Positions 45,147 through 57,878 of a stretch of DNA of 64,000 nt are shown in pieces. The notes beneath the pieces are model-generated. The model was not told where the DNA came from. It saw only the letters and a program-made list of their open reading frames with translations, and did not search any database. The position numbers and the translations under genes were made by a program. This DNA is from Hyaloraphidium curvatum SAG 235-1. Lineage: Eukaryota; Fungi; Monoblepharomycota. The DNA is taken from NCBI GenBank assembly GCA_025558095.1, contig JAIVFI010000037.1, forward strand, positions 372,001-436,000, read 5' to 3'. Within the stretch, counting starts at the first letter, position 1; each line of letters begins with the position of its first letter.

Positions 45147-46176
45147 ATGGCTATTTTGCCACGCGCCGACGGGGCACCAGCGTGGCGTGCGGGGCGGCGG
45201 AGGCCCCTGGGGCGGCGGCAGAGCCGCTACCGCCCGTCGGCCCCCGCGGACGGGTCCCCGCCCCCGCAGCCGTCGACGTACCGAATCCCCGGCATGGAGG
45301 ACGATGGGCCACTGGCGGCCGCTGCGGCAGCACCCCCGCCGGCCCCAGCTGCTCCCCCGCCCCCCGCGAACGCTCCATCGCCGTCGGCCGCGTCCGTGTC
45401 GGCCTCACGCACGACAACTGCCTCCACCTCCCCGCTGCCGACCACGTACCTCATCCCTGGCTATGTCCCTGGTGCTACCATCTCGGGCGGCAACGGCACC
45501 ACAAACGGCACCGCGCCAACCACGTTCCTCGGGATGTCCAAAACAAACTGGATCATTATAGGTGCGCCCCCCGGGCCTTCCCCATTAGCCAGCTGCTAAC
45601 AATTCCGCCGATGCTGCAGGCGCTTCGGTTGGCACCATTGTGGTGATCGTGCTGGCCGCGCTCATCATCAGCTTCTGTCTCTCGTGGTGCTACCGCGAGC
45701 GAGCCGAACCGGAGGAGAGACCCACGGAACGGGAGATGCGCGACGTCAGCAAAAAGTACGGCGAGGGCCGACCTTCGGAGATGGAGGAGAAGTCGCTGCT
45801 GAAGAACCGGCCCATCATCTCGAAGCCCGGCTTCCCCGAGCACGGTGCGCCGGCGCTCACCGGCGCCGAGGCGCAGAAGCTGGTGCTCACCACGACCAAC
45901 TACGACGATGATGAAGGAGAACAGGGCAACGACGCGGGCTACGGGGATCGGACGCAGCTGCTGTCGCGGCACATGTCCCTGGCGAGGCCCGGGGGCCAGC
46001 GCGTGGACGATGGGCGGGGCCGGAGCCTCAGCCCGGCGCGGTCCTCGACGGATCCGGACTTTAGCACCAAGAAGGGCAAGCCGAGCATCTTCAGCCAGCT
46101 GAAGAGCGACTATGCCCGGGCGCGGAGCCGGAGCAGGCAGCGGGATCGGGAGGGACAGTCCGCTGACCAGCAATAG
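45147..46176 (+). CDS. Single-pass membrane protein with Pro/Ser/Thr-rich N-terminal region
   Basis: NWIII|GASVGTIVVIVLAALIISFCLSWCYR transmembrane segment across an intron at about 45562-45619; start may be 45294. Confidence 0.65.
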
Positions 46177-46335
46177 CTTTGGGACTGCTTTTCGTGTTTT
46201 GGACGGGTTGTGTCGTTGTTCTTGCTTCACAAGGTGTGATGATGGAGGCTGCAATCAGCGCGACGATGTACCGCACGATCGATGGTACATTTGTTCTGAA
46301 AGGAGTGCGAGAAAGGATCCCCTTGAACTTGTCCT

Positions 46336-46806
46336 TTACCACGCCCCCTCGTTCTTGAGCGCCCTGTACGTCAGGTAGGCGTACAGGAACTCGAACGGTA
46401 TCGTCGGCACGGCAACGTGGACGGCGATGTCGCCCTTTGCGGTGAACAGGGAGAGCAACGAGCCGATGATAATGCGGCCGAAGACAGTCATTCTGCCGAA
46501 GGCGAGGTTGTTCTCCTCGCCTGCCCTCCAGCCTGATCAAAAGAAGAGGTGTCAATGAGCGACTGATGAGCAAAAGGCCGGAAGACCCAACAGTAGTAGG
46601 CAATGCTGGCTTCGGCGGCGCACGTCATGGCCGTGAAGGCCCTGGCTTCGGCCGGCACGGGGAGTTGGTACTTTTTCACGGGCTGCGGGCACAGTTCAGT
46701 CGCTTCCTCTGGTTGCGGCATCCACGGCAAGTCAACTCACTAGGCCCACGGCGGTGCCGAGCTTCTCAAACACATCTACCTGCTTGTCCGGGAAGAATCC
46801 GGTCAT
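46336..46806 (-). CDS. Small multi-pass membrane hypothetical protein (5' exons unresolved)
   Basis: Exons separated by short introns: ...IAYYC|WRAGEENNLAFGRMTVFGRIIIG...FLYAYLTYRAL. Confidence 0.5.
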
Positions 46807-47303
46807 GAAGGCGTAAAATCCCACGTCTGGCACCAGAACCGCGCGGGAGTCAGTCGTGGGACACAGTTGCTGGCGTGCCGCTCAACCCACAGACACCTGA
46901 CGGTCGGGCACGGCGACCAACGTAATACGCCAATCAGGCCGCACACGGTGTGCACCCAATCGAGGTTCCATTCCGCGACGCAGGGCAGAACGGGGCGAGG
47001 AAGCGAGGAACAGCATGAGTCACATTCGCTTCCCCATGGCTCCCCGGGCGGCAGCAGCCGCCGGCCGCGACCCACCGGAAACCTTCATGAGCATCGCGGC
47101 GGTCGCCATTGCGGGCTTCTTTGGTGGACTGATGTCGAAGATGGGGGTGATTCGTTGGGCTCGGATTGGAGTCACGTTTCGTCCTTGCACAGCCCGAGGA
47201 CAGGAGCGGGGTTCGGTGTCGTCCGAAACACAGAATGGCGAGCATGAAATCGACAAAACACATGCCAGTTCACTAAGCCGCCTTTTTTACCTCCTACTTG
47301 ACT

Positions 47304-49193
47304 TCAAAGGTGATGCGGTTGGACCACTCGGAGAACAGGCCTCCCGGGGTAGCGGTCGCGACCGCCCCATAAGCCGAACGACGGCTTCGGTGCGGCCCCT
47401 AGAACCCGGAACTTGCCGTCCGATCCGGTTCTCCCGGTCGCGAGCGTGCTCACGTCCGACCACCTCCAATACCCGCAGTAGATTTGGATGATGTTGATGG
47501 CGGCGTCGGGGGGGCCGGAGCCGGAAAAGGTCGGCTGCCCGGTCGCCGCGTCGACGGTAACGGGGTCGAGGACCCGCGCCAGCGGCAAGGAGTAGTTGGC
47601 GGCCGCGACCACGTGGTCCCCCAGAGTGGGCAAATAGCTACAGAGCGCGTCGCATCAAAGGTCGACGTTGACATAGAGCAACCAATCAGGATGCGAAGAC
47701 AATCAGCGACACAACAGCAGCAACAGAAACAGAAACGTCAAATACAGTTACGTTACATCTCAGGTCGACCTCCATGTCATTGCGGAGGGCCACTACACTG
47801 CGCAATCCGTCACCAGCGCGTTCCCGACGACGTCGCTGCATCGGTGCGGCCGTTAGTTGATCTGCCAGCACCGGACAGCTTCCCAGTATAGCCCTCCGTC
47901 CGGGTTGCTCTGGTACCGGAGGCGGAAGCCGTCGTAGGGTGGCCATGACGGCCTTCACCTGTTGGGCCGAGAAGCTCTGCCCCTTCTTTGCTTCGGCCAG
48001 CATCGTCTCCGCCTCGGGTCTGCGCCGCTGCATGTCCGCGTGCCAGTCGAGAAAGTCCGGAACCAGGTTCGGGCATCCCTCGAGGGCGGTGATCGGGTTG
48101 GGGTACCACCTCCAAAAGTCGTGGGAGAGGACGGCGTAACCCTCGGTGATGTCCTCCAGGATGGCGACGGTCTCGTTGACCGGGAGGTCGCCCGTCTCCG
48201 CTTCGATCCCGCTGATCTCCGGGGCGTGCGACAGGGGGGCCGGAGGACCTGGGATGCACCGCGGGTGAGGGTGCTCCGGAGCGAGGCCAGAACAGCTACC
48301 CACAGGCATTCCCGCAGCTTTGGTACTGCTGCTCCGCGGCGGTACGGCAGGCGTCCGGATCTCCGCCGGCTTTGACGCACCGGACGAAGCTGTCCTCCCT
48401 GTTCTGCCTGCACTGGGCGTAGCAAACCATCGCGGGGCCTGCCGAGAAGGATGGGCATCAGGGCTTTCGACGGCTCGGCGCGGAAGGAGGCCGCCACTCA
48501 CAGCGCGCGACACACAGGGGTCGCTCGCTCTCGGGAAACATGTCGCAGGTCTTGATGCACTCTGCGAGGTCGTCGGTGGGCGGCCCGGGCACCGGCAAGG
48601 AGAAGCCGAGTCCGTCTGTGCGGAAGGCGTTATCAGCGCCGCCGGTGGTTTGCGCCCGGCGGCGCACACCCACTGCACTCTTCCAAGCATTTGCTGACCA
48701 TATCCTCCGGCAACGTGCGGCACCTGTCGACGCAGTCGCGGTTGCGGTTGTGGTTCGGACCGAAGCCCGGGCCGAGCGCGTCGTCGGCCTCGGTGCACCA
48801 TCCGGCGCCGTAGCCCGAATGGTTGTACGCGGCCACGTAGCGCGCCCCGCACTCAAAGAATGGCGTGCGACCGTCCGCCGACGCCGCCAGGGCGCCGCAG
48901 CAGGCGGCGTTGGTCCACACGCAGTCCCGCCCCCCCGAGTCGAGGCTCAGGCACGCCGCGTGGCCGCGCGCCGTCAGTTTCACCGGCGTCCACGCCTCCG
49001 ACGACCGGTCGCGTACGCACGTCCACGGGGTGCCGCCGAGGTCGGGGCCGGCGGCGGGCGCCGTGCAGTGAACGGGCAGCGGGCTGCGGGGGTGAGCGAG
49101 CGCGGGGCGGACCATCCGGTGCGCCCACCTTCCGGCCGCCATGCCGGCGGAACCCAGCGCAGCGAGGAAGAGGACGGCTGCCGGCGGGAACAT
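47304..49193 (-). CDS. Secreted cysteine-rich protein, multi-exon (3' part uncertain)
   Basis: Signal peptide MFPPAAVLFLAALGSAGMA; WTC...PVKL..RGHAACLS.D..RDCVW...ECG..Y..SGY...WC; repeated CxxxC..P.....C...C. Confidence 0.65.
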
Positions 49194-50454
49194 GGTGGTG
49201 TGTGGCCCAGTGTGGGACAGGGGACCGCCGACGGTGCCCATTTTATGCCCAGCCTTGCAGCCTTGGCCGCAGCTCAGCCACATTTCCTTCTTCCATCGGA
49301 TGCACCTGGTTCTCCCCGCCCGAGCAGTTATGGCGGCTCAGACCGGCTAAACCCAGTCAGTCCATTGTGTGGCTGCCGAGAGTGAACAAGTTGATGGCGA
49401 CCGCCGAATCAAGACTCTCAACGGTGCAGCCAATCAGCAAGCTGGTCGGAGAAACAACAGCAGCAGCAACAACAATAAGCCAGCAGACGACATCGTGCCA
49501 ACACCCGGCCGTCAAGTTCCGACCCCGCAAGCAACCCCGCCCCGGTCCCGTTCCACGCGCGCACCCAACGCACCCGCCCCTGACCCCTCCTTGCACCCGG
49601 AGCGCACCCGGCACGCCTTTTCCCTCACTCTACCCTGCACCTCGGAGAACCACCCACCCCTTCCCAACCCCCTGCCCGCAGGAAGTGGGGAGCAGCGCGC
49701 GCGGACCGTGATCACGAAAGAAGCATGAATCGAGCATTGGGCTACGGAAGGAAGGGGATCTGATCCCTTGTGCACCCGGCAAGCAACTGAGCTGCCCAAC
49801 CATTTGAAAACATAGTGCGCCAAAGCTCGATCTGGAAAGATCTTAGTGGAGAATGCTTCAAACTGCTGGATTTTGTCTCTGCTGTCGGTTTTGCTGAGAA
49901 TTCCTCTTTTGCACCGGTTTTTCCGCAACGTCATGCTTCGAAGCCGCGTACGGGTTCGAGAATCTCCTTGTCGACCACCGTCTGCGACCGCGTGCGCTTT
50001 GCAATGGCCCCGTCAATTTGGTCCCGCGGCTCCGAAGGCGGCTCTTTGGTAACATGGTGGGCCTGAAAGCGCGAAAATCTTCCTCGCTGATCCTTCCTTG
50101 GCAGTGCCTTCTTCTCCGGCCGAGGGCCCGGCTCCGTCGCGGCCGAGGGCCCTTCTCCGTCGCGACCGATGACTGCGCGACGGCCTGGGATTGCGCCAGG
50201 CTCAGCTCCACCTCGGCGAGCATGAGCAGCACGCGTCGCTGCCGCTCGGGAATCTTTGGAAACGCATCGGGGTCGAGACCCGCCTTGTCTTGAAGTACGC
50301 CGGAAGATCCGTGAGGGCCATGGCCGCGTCATTGAATCCTCCTCCGCCGGATCGCTGACTTCATCACGCAACGCCTTGTATCTAGGAGTGGAAAATGCCA
50401 GCGCAAAATTCAAAATGATCAGACGCAGTTTACAACGAAACCCGATAGAGTCGT

Positions 50455-52159
50455 TCAAGAATTACCACCCAGCTCCAGCTTGATCCCCGGCTCCTCCCCG
50501 TCGGTCTCCTCCTCGTCCGCGCCCCTCCCACTCTTCGATGATGCACCCTCGCTGACCGCTCGTTCACCTCCGTCCGCCTCAAGCTCGTCCTCCTCTTCCG
50601 ACTCGGGGAGATCCCGCACGCGCTGGCTGCGGCGTCGGATCCGCGGAACGGCGGGCAGCGAAACCGACATCTCGCTCTCCGACTCCTCTTCCGATTCGTA
50701 GTCCGAGTCCTCCGCGTCCGCAGCACCCCATGCGCCCCTGGATTCGCGTATCAGCACGGCCATCCGGGCCCCGGACGGAAGCGGCCTACCGGTCTTGGCC
50801 GGGGAAGATTTGCGGGAACTGGCCCGCGAGCCAGGCGACGAACTCGTCCTCGTCCTCCTTCGCGATCCAGTGGCCGAGCACGGGGGACCGGTTGTTGTCC
50901 GTGTTCCACTTCTTTCCGAGGTAGACGAACTTCATCGACAGCGCCCGGTCCTTGAGGGCATCCTCGAGCTTGGCGCAGGCCTTGGCCGAGTGCTTGACCT
51001 TGTACGAATCCAGCCGGTCGCGCAGGAGGTCCAGGACCTTGCGGAGGCCGTCCCGCCGCTCGGGACCATCCGGAATCGGGGAAGCTTTGGGAACGGGCTG
51101 TTTGGGTGCAGAACCGGGCGCCGGCGCGTCGCTTGCCCCCGCAAACAGCTGGGGGAACCGGCCCCTTGCTTCAGCGATGTAGTCCTCCTCGTCCTCGTGG
51201 CGGACCGAGGGCCCGTGCTTCCCGCGGCTGCGATTGAACTCCTTCGCGTGCACGACGACTCGGTGCGCCTGCTGGCGGTTCGTGTTGTAGTTGAGCAGCT
51301 CCAGCGCCGCCTCCTTCTGCCCCTGCTCGTTCCACGCCAGGCTCCCCAGGTACCGCTTGAGCAGATGGATGGACGACGTCGAAATCTCCACCTCGTCCGA
51401 GCTTTCGCCATCATCGCGGACCCTCGCGCTCGTCCCGTTCCGGAGCGACCTCCGCTGGGCTCCCGAGTCGTCCTCGTGGCTGCTCTCGTCCTCCCGCCGG
51501 CCCGCCGCGGGCGACGTGGCCTGGCTCGCCCTGAAGCCGGGCACGCCCCGCGGTCCGCACAGGTAGGAAACGTAGTCCTTCTCGTGGCTCCGGGGGACGG
51601 TGAAGACGGCGCGGGTCTTGATGCCGGGGACCGCCCTCGCGAAGTACACGAGGTCGTCGCCGGCGTACGCGGGGAACTTTTCCTGCAGGTAGCGCTTCGT
51701 AGCGTTGCGAATCGGCTGCCTCTGCTGCGCCCACGCCCGCTTGAAGGGCACCGGGAAGTCCTCGGCCGCCATCAGCAGGGTCCGGTGGTAGACCAGCGGG
51801 CCGAGGCTCGGCAGGCTCCCCTTTGGCCCGCCCTCGACCTCGGCGAGGGGCCCCGACTCGGACTCCGAGTCATCGTCGTCGTCCGGCGACGGCTCCCGCT
51901 GCCGGCCGCGCTTGACGGGCGTCGCGGGCTTCGCGGGCTCCGACGCGCGCCGCTTGGCCTGCGGCGCGGGCGCGCGGTCGCCGGCCTCCTCCGCGTCGCG
52001 CTGCTTCGGCGCGGCGCCCGACAGCCGCCCGGCGGCCCACGCCTTCACGGCGAACCGCATCACCTCCTCGTCCTCGTCCGTCGGCTTCGCGGGCAGCGGC
52101 TTCGTGCCCAGCTTGTACTGGAACCAGTCCCCGATGAACGACGGCACGTCGTCGCCCAT
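50455..52159 (-). CDS. Uncharacterised family X protein with three internal domain copies and acidic/basic linkers; may extend to about 49858
   Basis: 457-aa ORF, intron at about 50738-50789, then an acidic exon. Confidence 0.7.
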
Positions 52160-52902
52160 CTTGCTCCGCGTCGCTTGAGTCGCGAATAGGTGTCGGCACT
52201 GGGACAGCGCGTTCCGTCGGGGTCTTGTTTGGTTCGCCGCCCCAGATGCATCTGCCTTGGAGACTTCCGGAATCTTCCTGAGCTCATCGCCGATATTAAC
52301 AGGAATCCTTTATCTGCCTGTCTGAAATCTCTGTGAAAGTCATCCTGGGGGAGAATAGATCAACGGCAGCTTCTGGACTTTCTAGTCCGCTTCCCACTTT
52401 CCTATGCGAATGTGTTCGTCGGTGAGGCCCGCCCTAGGGGGTTCAAAGAGAGGTTGACGCTACTCGCGGACAGTTTTGTAGAGGGTACCTAGGAGGAACC
52501 GCTGCAAGGCATGATTGGAGCGCAAAGACGGTGGCTGGATCATCGGGGCGGGACGGCACCCGGAAGGGCTCGCAACTGAGGGACCGAACATTTATCTCAT
52601 TCAGACAGAAGAAGAATCCAAAAAAATACTAAGTTTTTGGATTTGTCTCGTGGGGACAAAAAACAAGATTGAATCAAAGGCCCAAGAAACTGGAACCCCC
52701 AGGAAACACACCATTCGACGTGACAGACAGACAAAATGAAATGACGCGGTTTAGGTGTTGATGAGCGGACATGGAATCTGGACGTTGCTTGCTTGGCCTT
52801 CGCGGTTTGTGAAGTTGCCCGCCGCCAGGCGAAATTTCGTGGCGGGCCCGGCCCCGGCGGTGGCAAAGCAACCTCCGCGAGTCTCCGTCTCCCAGACACG
52901 AA

Positions 52903-55416
52903 ATGGCAGCTACGTACCACCCGCTTCACCGAGCCTTCAAAGACGACCCATGGCGGTTCGACTTTGACCCCAAGGAGGTGCGGGAGGCGTTTGTGCGCGG
53001 GCAGCAGCGCGTTTACGCCACCGCTCGGGGTCAACCTCGCCTCCCTCGCCCCCCCTCCGACGGCCTCCCAACACGACAGCTCCTCGAAAAGTACCGAGCC
53101 GAAAGGGACCGGCGCATACGGACGGACTTTGCAGAGCAGTTCATTACAATCGGCGAAGGCAAGGGCGCCAAGTACGCGGATTGGCTCGTCGACCCATGGG
53201 TCCAGCGCGTGGAGCGGCCGGCGCTGGACATCCAGACGACCGTGCTCATCGTGGGCGGCGGGTTCTCGGGCATCCAGGTGGCGGGGAACCTCAAGAAGGC
53301 GGGTATCACGGACTTCAAGATCATGGACAGGGCTGGGGACTTTGGAGGGACGTGGTATTGGTGCGTAGGATGAGGAGCGAAGAAGGCAAAGGCTGGACTG
53401 AACGACGGAGGTCGCTCGATTCAGGAACCGTTACCCCGGCGCGGCTTGCGACAGCGAGGCCTACGGATACCTGCCCCTCCTCGAAGAAATGCAGTACATG
53501 CCGACAGCCAAGTACGTAACGGGCACAGAGGTGGGAACATAATGGCGTCCTCTGGCGTCTGCTGACATCCAGAACGTCCACCAGATCCTCCAGCACTGCT
53601 GGCGCATGGCCAAGCAGTTCGGCATCTACGAAAACGCGCTGTTCCACACCGCGGCCAAGGAGTTCGTGTGGGACGAGGCCGCGAGCGTGTGGCGGGCGAC
53701 GACGGACCGGGGGGACAAGATCACAACGAGGTTCCTGATCACCTGCGGAGGGCCGCTGGCGCACCCGCACCTGCCCGACGTTCCAGGGATCGACACTTTC
53801 AAGGGAGACGAGTGGCACACCTGTGGGTTTGTGGTGCGGCGAGAAGTCGGCCGGCAAGGCTGACGTGCCACAGCCCGCTGGAACTACGCCAAATCCGGCG
53901 GCGACCCGCTCAAGCTCGACTTCAACATGACCAAGCTCAAGGACAAGCGCGTGGGGATCATCGGGACCGGTGCTACCGCCATCCAATGCGTGTCCTTCCT
54001 CGGCGAGAGCTCCGGCAAGCTCTACGTGTTCCAGCGGACCCCTTCCGCGGTGGACGTGCGCGACAACAAGCCGACTGATCCCAAGTGGTGGGCGTCGCTC
54101 CCCAAGGGCTGGCAGGCGGAGCGGGACCGCAACTTCCACCGCAACGCCGCCGGCGCGGACATCTCCGTGGACCTCGACGACGGCTTCTCGCTCTCGCTGG
54201 CGGCGTTGGGCGAGCTCCAGCGACGGCAGATCCGGTTCGGGGAAGGGAAGCAGTACGGCATGGCCGAGCTGCGGCAGCTCGCCGATCTGAAGCTCATGGA
54301 GAGCATCCGGCGGCGTGTTGACGAGGTGGTCAAGGACAAGAAGACGGCGGAGCTGCTGAAGCCTTACTACAACCTGCGAGTACCCGCCCGTTGTTTCGCC
54401 CGACGTCGTGCTGATCGATCGCCCCGCGCTCCGTCAGGTTCTGCAAGAGGCCCGCGTATTCCGACACTTACCTCCCGACCTTCAACCGGCCCAACGTCGA
54501 GCTCGTGGACTGCTCTTCGGCGAAGGGCATCGAGCGGATCACGCCCACCGGCGTGGTCGTCGCGGGGAAGGAGTACCCGTTGGACGTCATAATCTGGTCG
54601 ACCGTGGGTGCCGCGCTGGGATTGTGCAGGACGCCGGTGACGTTCCGTCCGCCAGGGATTCACCGCCCCTATTGCCGATTACGTCGACTACAGAATTCTC
54701 GGGAAAGACGGCCTGACCAAGCGGGAGAAGTGGGACAAGCAGGGCGGGATGGCGACCCTGTACGGCATCTGCACCAACGGTTTCCCGAACGCCGTGGGTT
54801 TCGGAGCCGCGTAGCCTTTTGAGGGAGGCCTAGCTGAACTTTTCCTCCCCGCACCATCAGTTCAACTTTGGTTCCTACCAGGCCGGCGCCAGCGTCAACT
54901 TCCCTTCGGCGCTCAACGTGGTGGGTTCGGCAACGGTCGGTTTCGTGGATGCTGCTGACGGAGCCCAAGATCGGCGTCTGGATCACGCACGTCGTCTCCG
55001 AGGCCGTCAAGCGCGGGATCCAGGTACTGGAGGTTACGAGGGATGCCGAGGAGGAATGGGTGAAGGAGGTGATAAAGAGGTCGCGGCGCGACGTGACCTA
55101 CTTCGAGAACTGCACGTGGGTGGATCGCAGGCCGCCTCGTTGCCGCTCACTGAGGCTTCCTTCGTGCACGCTGCTCTCGACAGCCCTGGTTACTGTGAGT
55201 AGCTGCCGTCGTCGTATCCCAGACAGCGGACTCACGTCGTCCGCAGATAATCGCGAAGGCTTCGTGACCACCAAGACCACGCCGAGCCAGAGCCGCGAGG
55301 TGACCTACGGGGGCAGCCCGCTGCGGTACAAACGGGAGCTGGAGCAGTACGCTGCCAAGAACGACCTCGCAGGGTTCACGATCAAGTATCTGCCCGGTCG
55401 CGCGCCGAAGTTGTGA
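52903..55416 (+). CDS. Baeyer-Villiger monooxygenase (cyclohexanone/PtlE-like), many introns
   Basis: GGGFSG, GGTWYW|[19 protein letters not shown]|ARW (FxGxxxHxxxW), [18 protein letters not shown]. Confidence 0.93.
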
Positions 55417-55693
55417 GTGCTGAGGATGCGGCATTGGATGTGTAAACTTCAAGGGTCAGAGATACAACACATGCACGAGAAGAGACTAGCCACATCGCTC
55501 AGCGCTCCAGCTTCATCCCCGATTCCTCCCCGTCGCTCCACGCTTGTTCTCGTCCGTCGCACACTCGGACACATCACTTGCGCCTTGGACGATAATCGGA
55601 AGACACGGACAGCTTGAGCAAATGCCATGAAACCTGCCACATACAGCGCCAGCCCGCCTGCCTTCGCCTCTGGGCTCCCGCTTGGCTCCGTCG

Positions 55694-57421
55694 TCAATCC
55701 AGCCCCCTCAGCGCCTCCAGCGGCAGCACCAAGCCTCTCACCCCCTCCGCCTTCCCCGGCAGATCCGCCATCGACACCACCACGCCCCTCCTCGCCCGCG
55801 GGTCCAGCGCGTCGCGCCACCCGCACCCCCGCCCGGGGCGGAGGTACGCTTCGTACCCCGGCCCCTGCGAAAGCACGGCGACGCGGAAGGGGAGCGGGGC
55901 ATCGCCGCCGTCGCGGGGGGGCAGGTCCGTTTCCGCCAGCCCGGCAAGGAGGGTCAGGTTGCCCCCGCAGGCCTGCCACCTCCCGAACGCGATCCCCCGT
56001 TTGCCCGATCCGCGCGCGGCGAGCTCCCCGCGCAGCCGCGGGAACAGCGCGTTGGAAGCGGGGAGGAAGCCGGGGGGGAGCCAGAACACCGCCGCGCCTC
56101 TGGGCACCGCCCGCGGGGGGAGCGGGTGCTCCGCGTCGGCGGGGGAGGGGCGGAAGAGGAGGACGGTGGAGTTGAGGAGGTGGGAGGAGGAGAGGAGGGC
56201 GGCGGCGGGGGTGGCCTCGAAGCCCGGGGGGGCGGCGAGGTGCACGGTGAGGAGGGGGTGCCGCAGCGCGAGGGCAAAGATGGTGGCGAGGGCGTCGTCG
56301 GCGTCCGCTTGCGAGAGGGAGGGCATGCGGACGACAAAGTGCAGCCCGAGGCCGGAGAAGTAGCGCGCGACGCGGGCGGGCCACCTCTCCCGCATCCTCC
56401 GGGCGTGCCACGCGGCGGGGCTGCCCATGCTCCACAAACCCCCGTCAACGGCGTCCAAAGCGTCCTCCACCACCTTGGACACCTGGTCCGGCACGGTGAA
56501 GTCCACCCTGAACGCCGGCGGAACGGGGACGTCCTCCCCGAAGCCGACGCCCTGCACGGGGGAAGAGGGGACTATCGAGACCGCGCCGAGCAGGGCGGCC
56601 TGCAGGGGGCCGGGCGGGAAGTTGGGGAAGGAGAAGTGGAGGTAGGCTTTGGCGGCGGCGTAGAGGCACGGCAAAGCCGCGTTGTCCCCCGCGCTGGGAG
56701 GGACCAGCACGCGCACCTCGACGCCCGATTTGCGGAGCGCGCGCAGGGGTTTCTCGTAGTTGTTGGGAAAGTCCTTGAGCGCCGCCGCGGTGGCGCCGTC
56801 CACGAGCACCAGGTCCCTCTTTTCAGGGCAGCGCCCGCCGCACTCCGGCACCTCGGCGCCGGCCCTGCACCGCTCCGCGACGGAGTGGAAAGCGTCCGGG
56901 AGCGGCGCGGCCAGGCCGCCGGGGAGCACGGCGCCGAGCTGCGCGGTGATCCGGCGGGTCGGGGCGAGCGGCAACGCCCAGCCGCGCAGGGCGGCCGAAA
57001 CGGGCTCCGGGGCGGCGGGCAGGGCGAGCACGGGGACGATAATCCGCACCCCTGTGGCATGCAGCCCTTTGAGCTCTGAGAGCAGCGCCGCGTCGGAGAG
57101 CGCCGAGTGCGGCGCGACGGCGGCGTCGCCGGGTTCCGCGTCCCGCGCCCACGCGTCGCCCGGCTGCCCCGCCGCCGGGCCGACCAACTTCGCGCTGAAT
57201 CCCGCGGTCGACAGCGCGGAGTGCCACGCCGCGAGCTCGCCCGCCGACGCCGCGTCCGGGCGCAAATAGACGGTCGCGTTCCACGGCGCCGCGGGGCCCG
57301 AGGGCGGGGAGGCGGCGGCGGGCGACGCGTCCCGCGGCCACAAAATGAAGGCCGCCGCAAGGACGACAAGCACATAGACGGTGCGGCGCCGCAGCCGGAA
57401 CGGCATCCGCAGGCCCGCCAT
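55694..57421 (-). CDS. Type II membrane protein, putative glycosyltransferase-like
   Basis: RRR followed by a hydrophobic anchor; LYAAAKAYL...PLQAALLGAV resembles a GT-B nucleotide-binding segment. Confidence 0.55.
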   Translation of the reverse strand: MAGLRMPFRLRRRTVYVLVVLAAAFILWPRDASPAAASPPSGPAAPWNATVYLRPDAASAGELAAWHSALSTAGFSAKLVGPAAGQPGDAWARDAEPGDAAVAPHSALSDAALLSELKGLHATGVRIIVPVLALPAAPEPVSAALRGWALPLAPTRRITAQLGAVLPGGLAAPLPDAFHSVAERCRAGAEVPECGGRCPEKRDLVLVDGATAAALKDFPNNYEKPLRALRKSGVEVRVLVPPSAGDNAALPCLYAAAKAYLHFSFPNFPPGPLQAALLGAVSIVPSSPVQGVGFGEDVPVPPAFRVDFTVPDQVSKVVEDALDAVDGGLWSMGSPAAWHARRMRERWPARVARYFSGLGLHFVVRMPSLSQADADDALATIFALALRHPLLTVHLAAPPGFEATPAAALLSSSHLLNSTVLLFRPSPADAEHPLPPRAVPRGAAVFWLPPGFLPASNALFPRLRGELAARGSGKRGIAFGRWQACGGNLTLLAGLAETDLPPRDGGDAPLPFRVAVLSQGPGYEAYLRPGRGCGWRDALDPRARRGVVVSMADLPGKAEGVRGLVLPLEALRGLD

Positions 57422-57745
57422 GGGGCGGACTCGCGGGCTCTGAGACGCCCAATTCGGGCGCTGAACAACTGGTCCGGCGGCGACCGGGGAGCCTTATTGT
57501 GTCTCTATTCTGCATCCACTGCCGACATTCTATCCTACCCGTCGGGCACGAACGTGTTTGCCGGCCGTGGCGGTTGCCGTCTACGGAGGAGGTCCAAGCC
57601 GCCATGGAACCGCACCAACTCATGCATGGAACCGCTGCAGCCCCGCCACTGCAGACCCAGTTCCACCTCTCCGCTCGCTCTACGCGCCGCTTGCTCCGCC
57701 CCGTCGAGAGAGGGGTCTTTTTCCGAGCGGACCGCTGGTGGTCGC

Positions 57746-57811
57746 AAGAGCTCCCGCGGGCTGAGCAGCTCCCAGCCCGCGGGAGCTCTTTGCAACCAGC
57801 CCGCGGGAGCT
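57746..57811. promoter_or_regulatory. 18-bp perfect inverted repeat plus a third direct copy, in a divergent intergenic region
   Basis: AAGAGCTCCCGCGGGCTG (57746-57763) / CAGCCCGCGGGAGCTCTT (57773-57790); CAGCCCGCGGGAGCT again at 57797-57811. The structure is certain; the function is inferred. Confidence 0.5.
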
Positions 57812-57878
57812 TCTAGCACAGCGGGTATAAGAATGGCGGGCTCCCAGGGTGGCCGGCAGACCTGCGCACCCCGCGAAC

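Noticed and set aside
52290-52520. Possible structured ncRNA in the lower-GC intergenic stretch
   Set aside because: No recognisable snRNA, snoRNA or tRNA boxes; an Infernal/Rfam scan would be needed.
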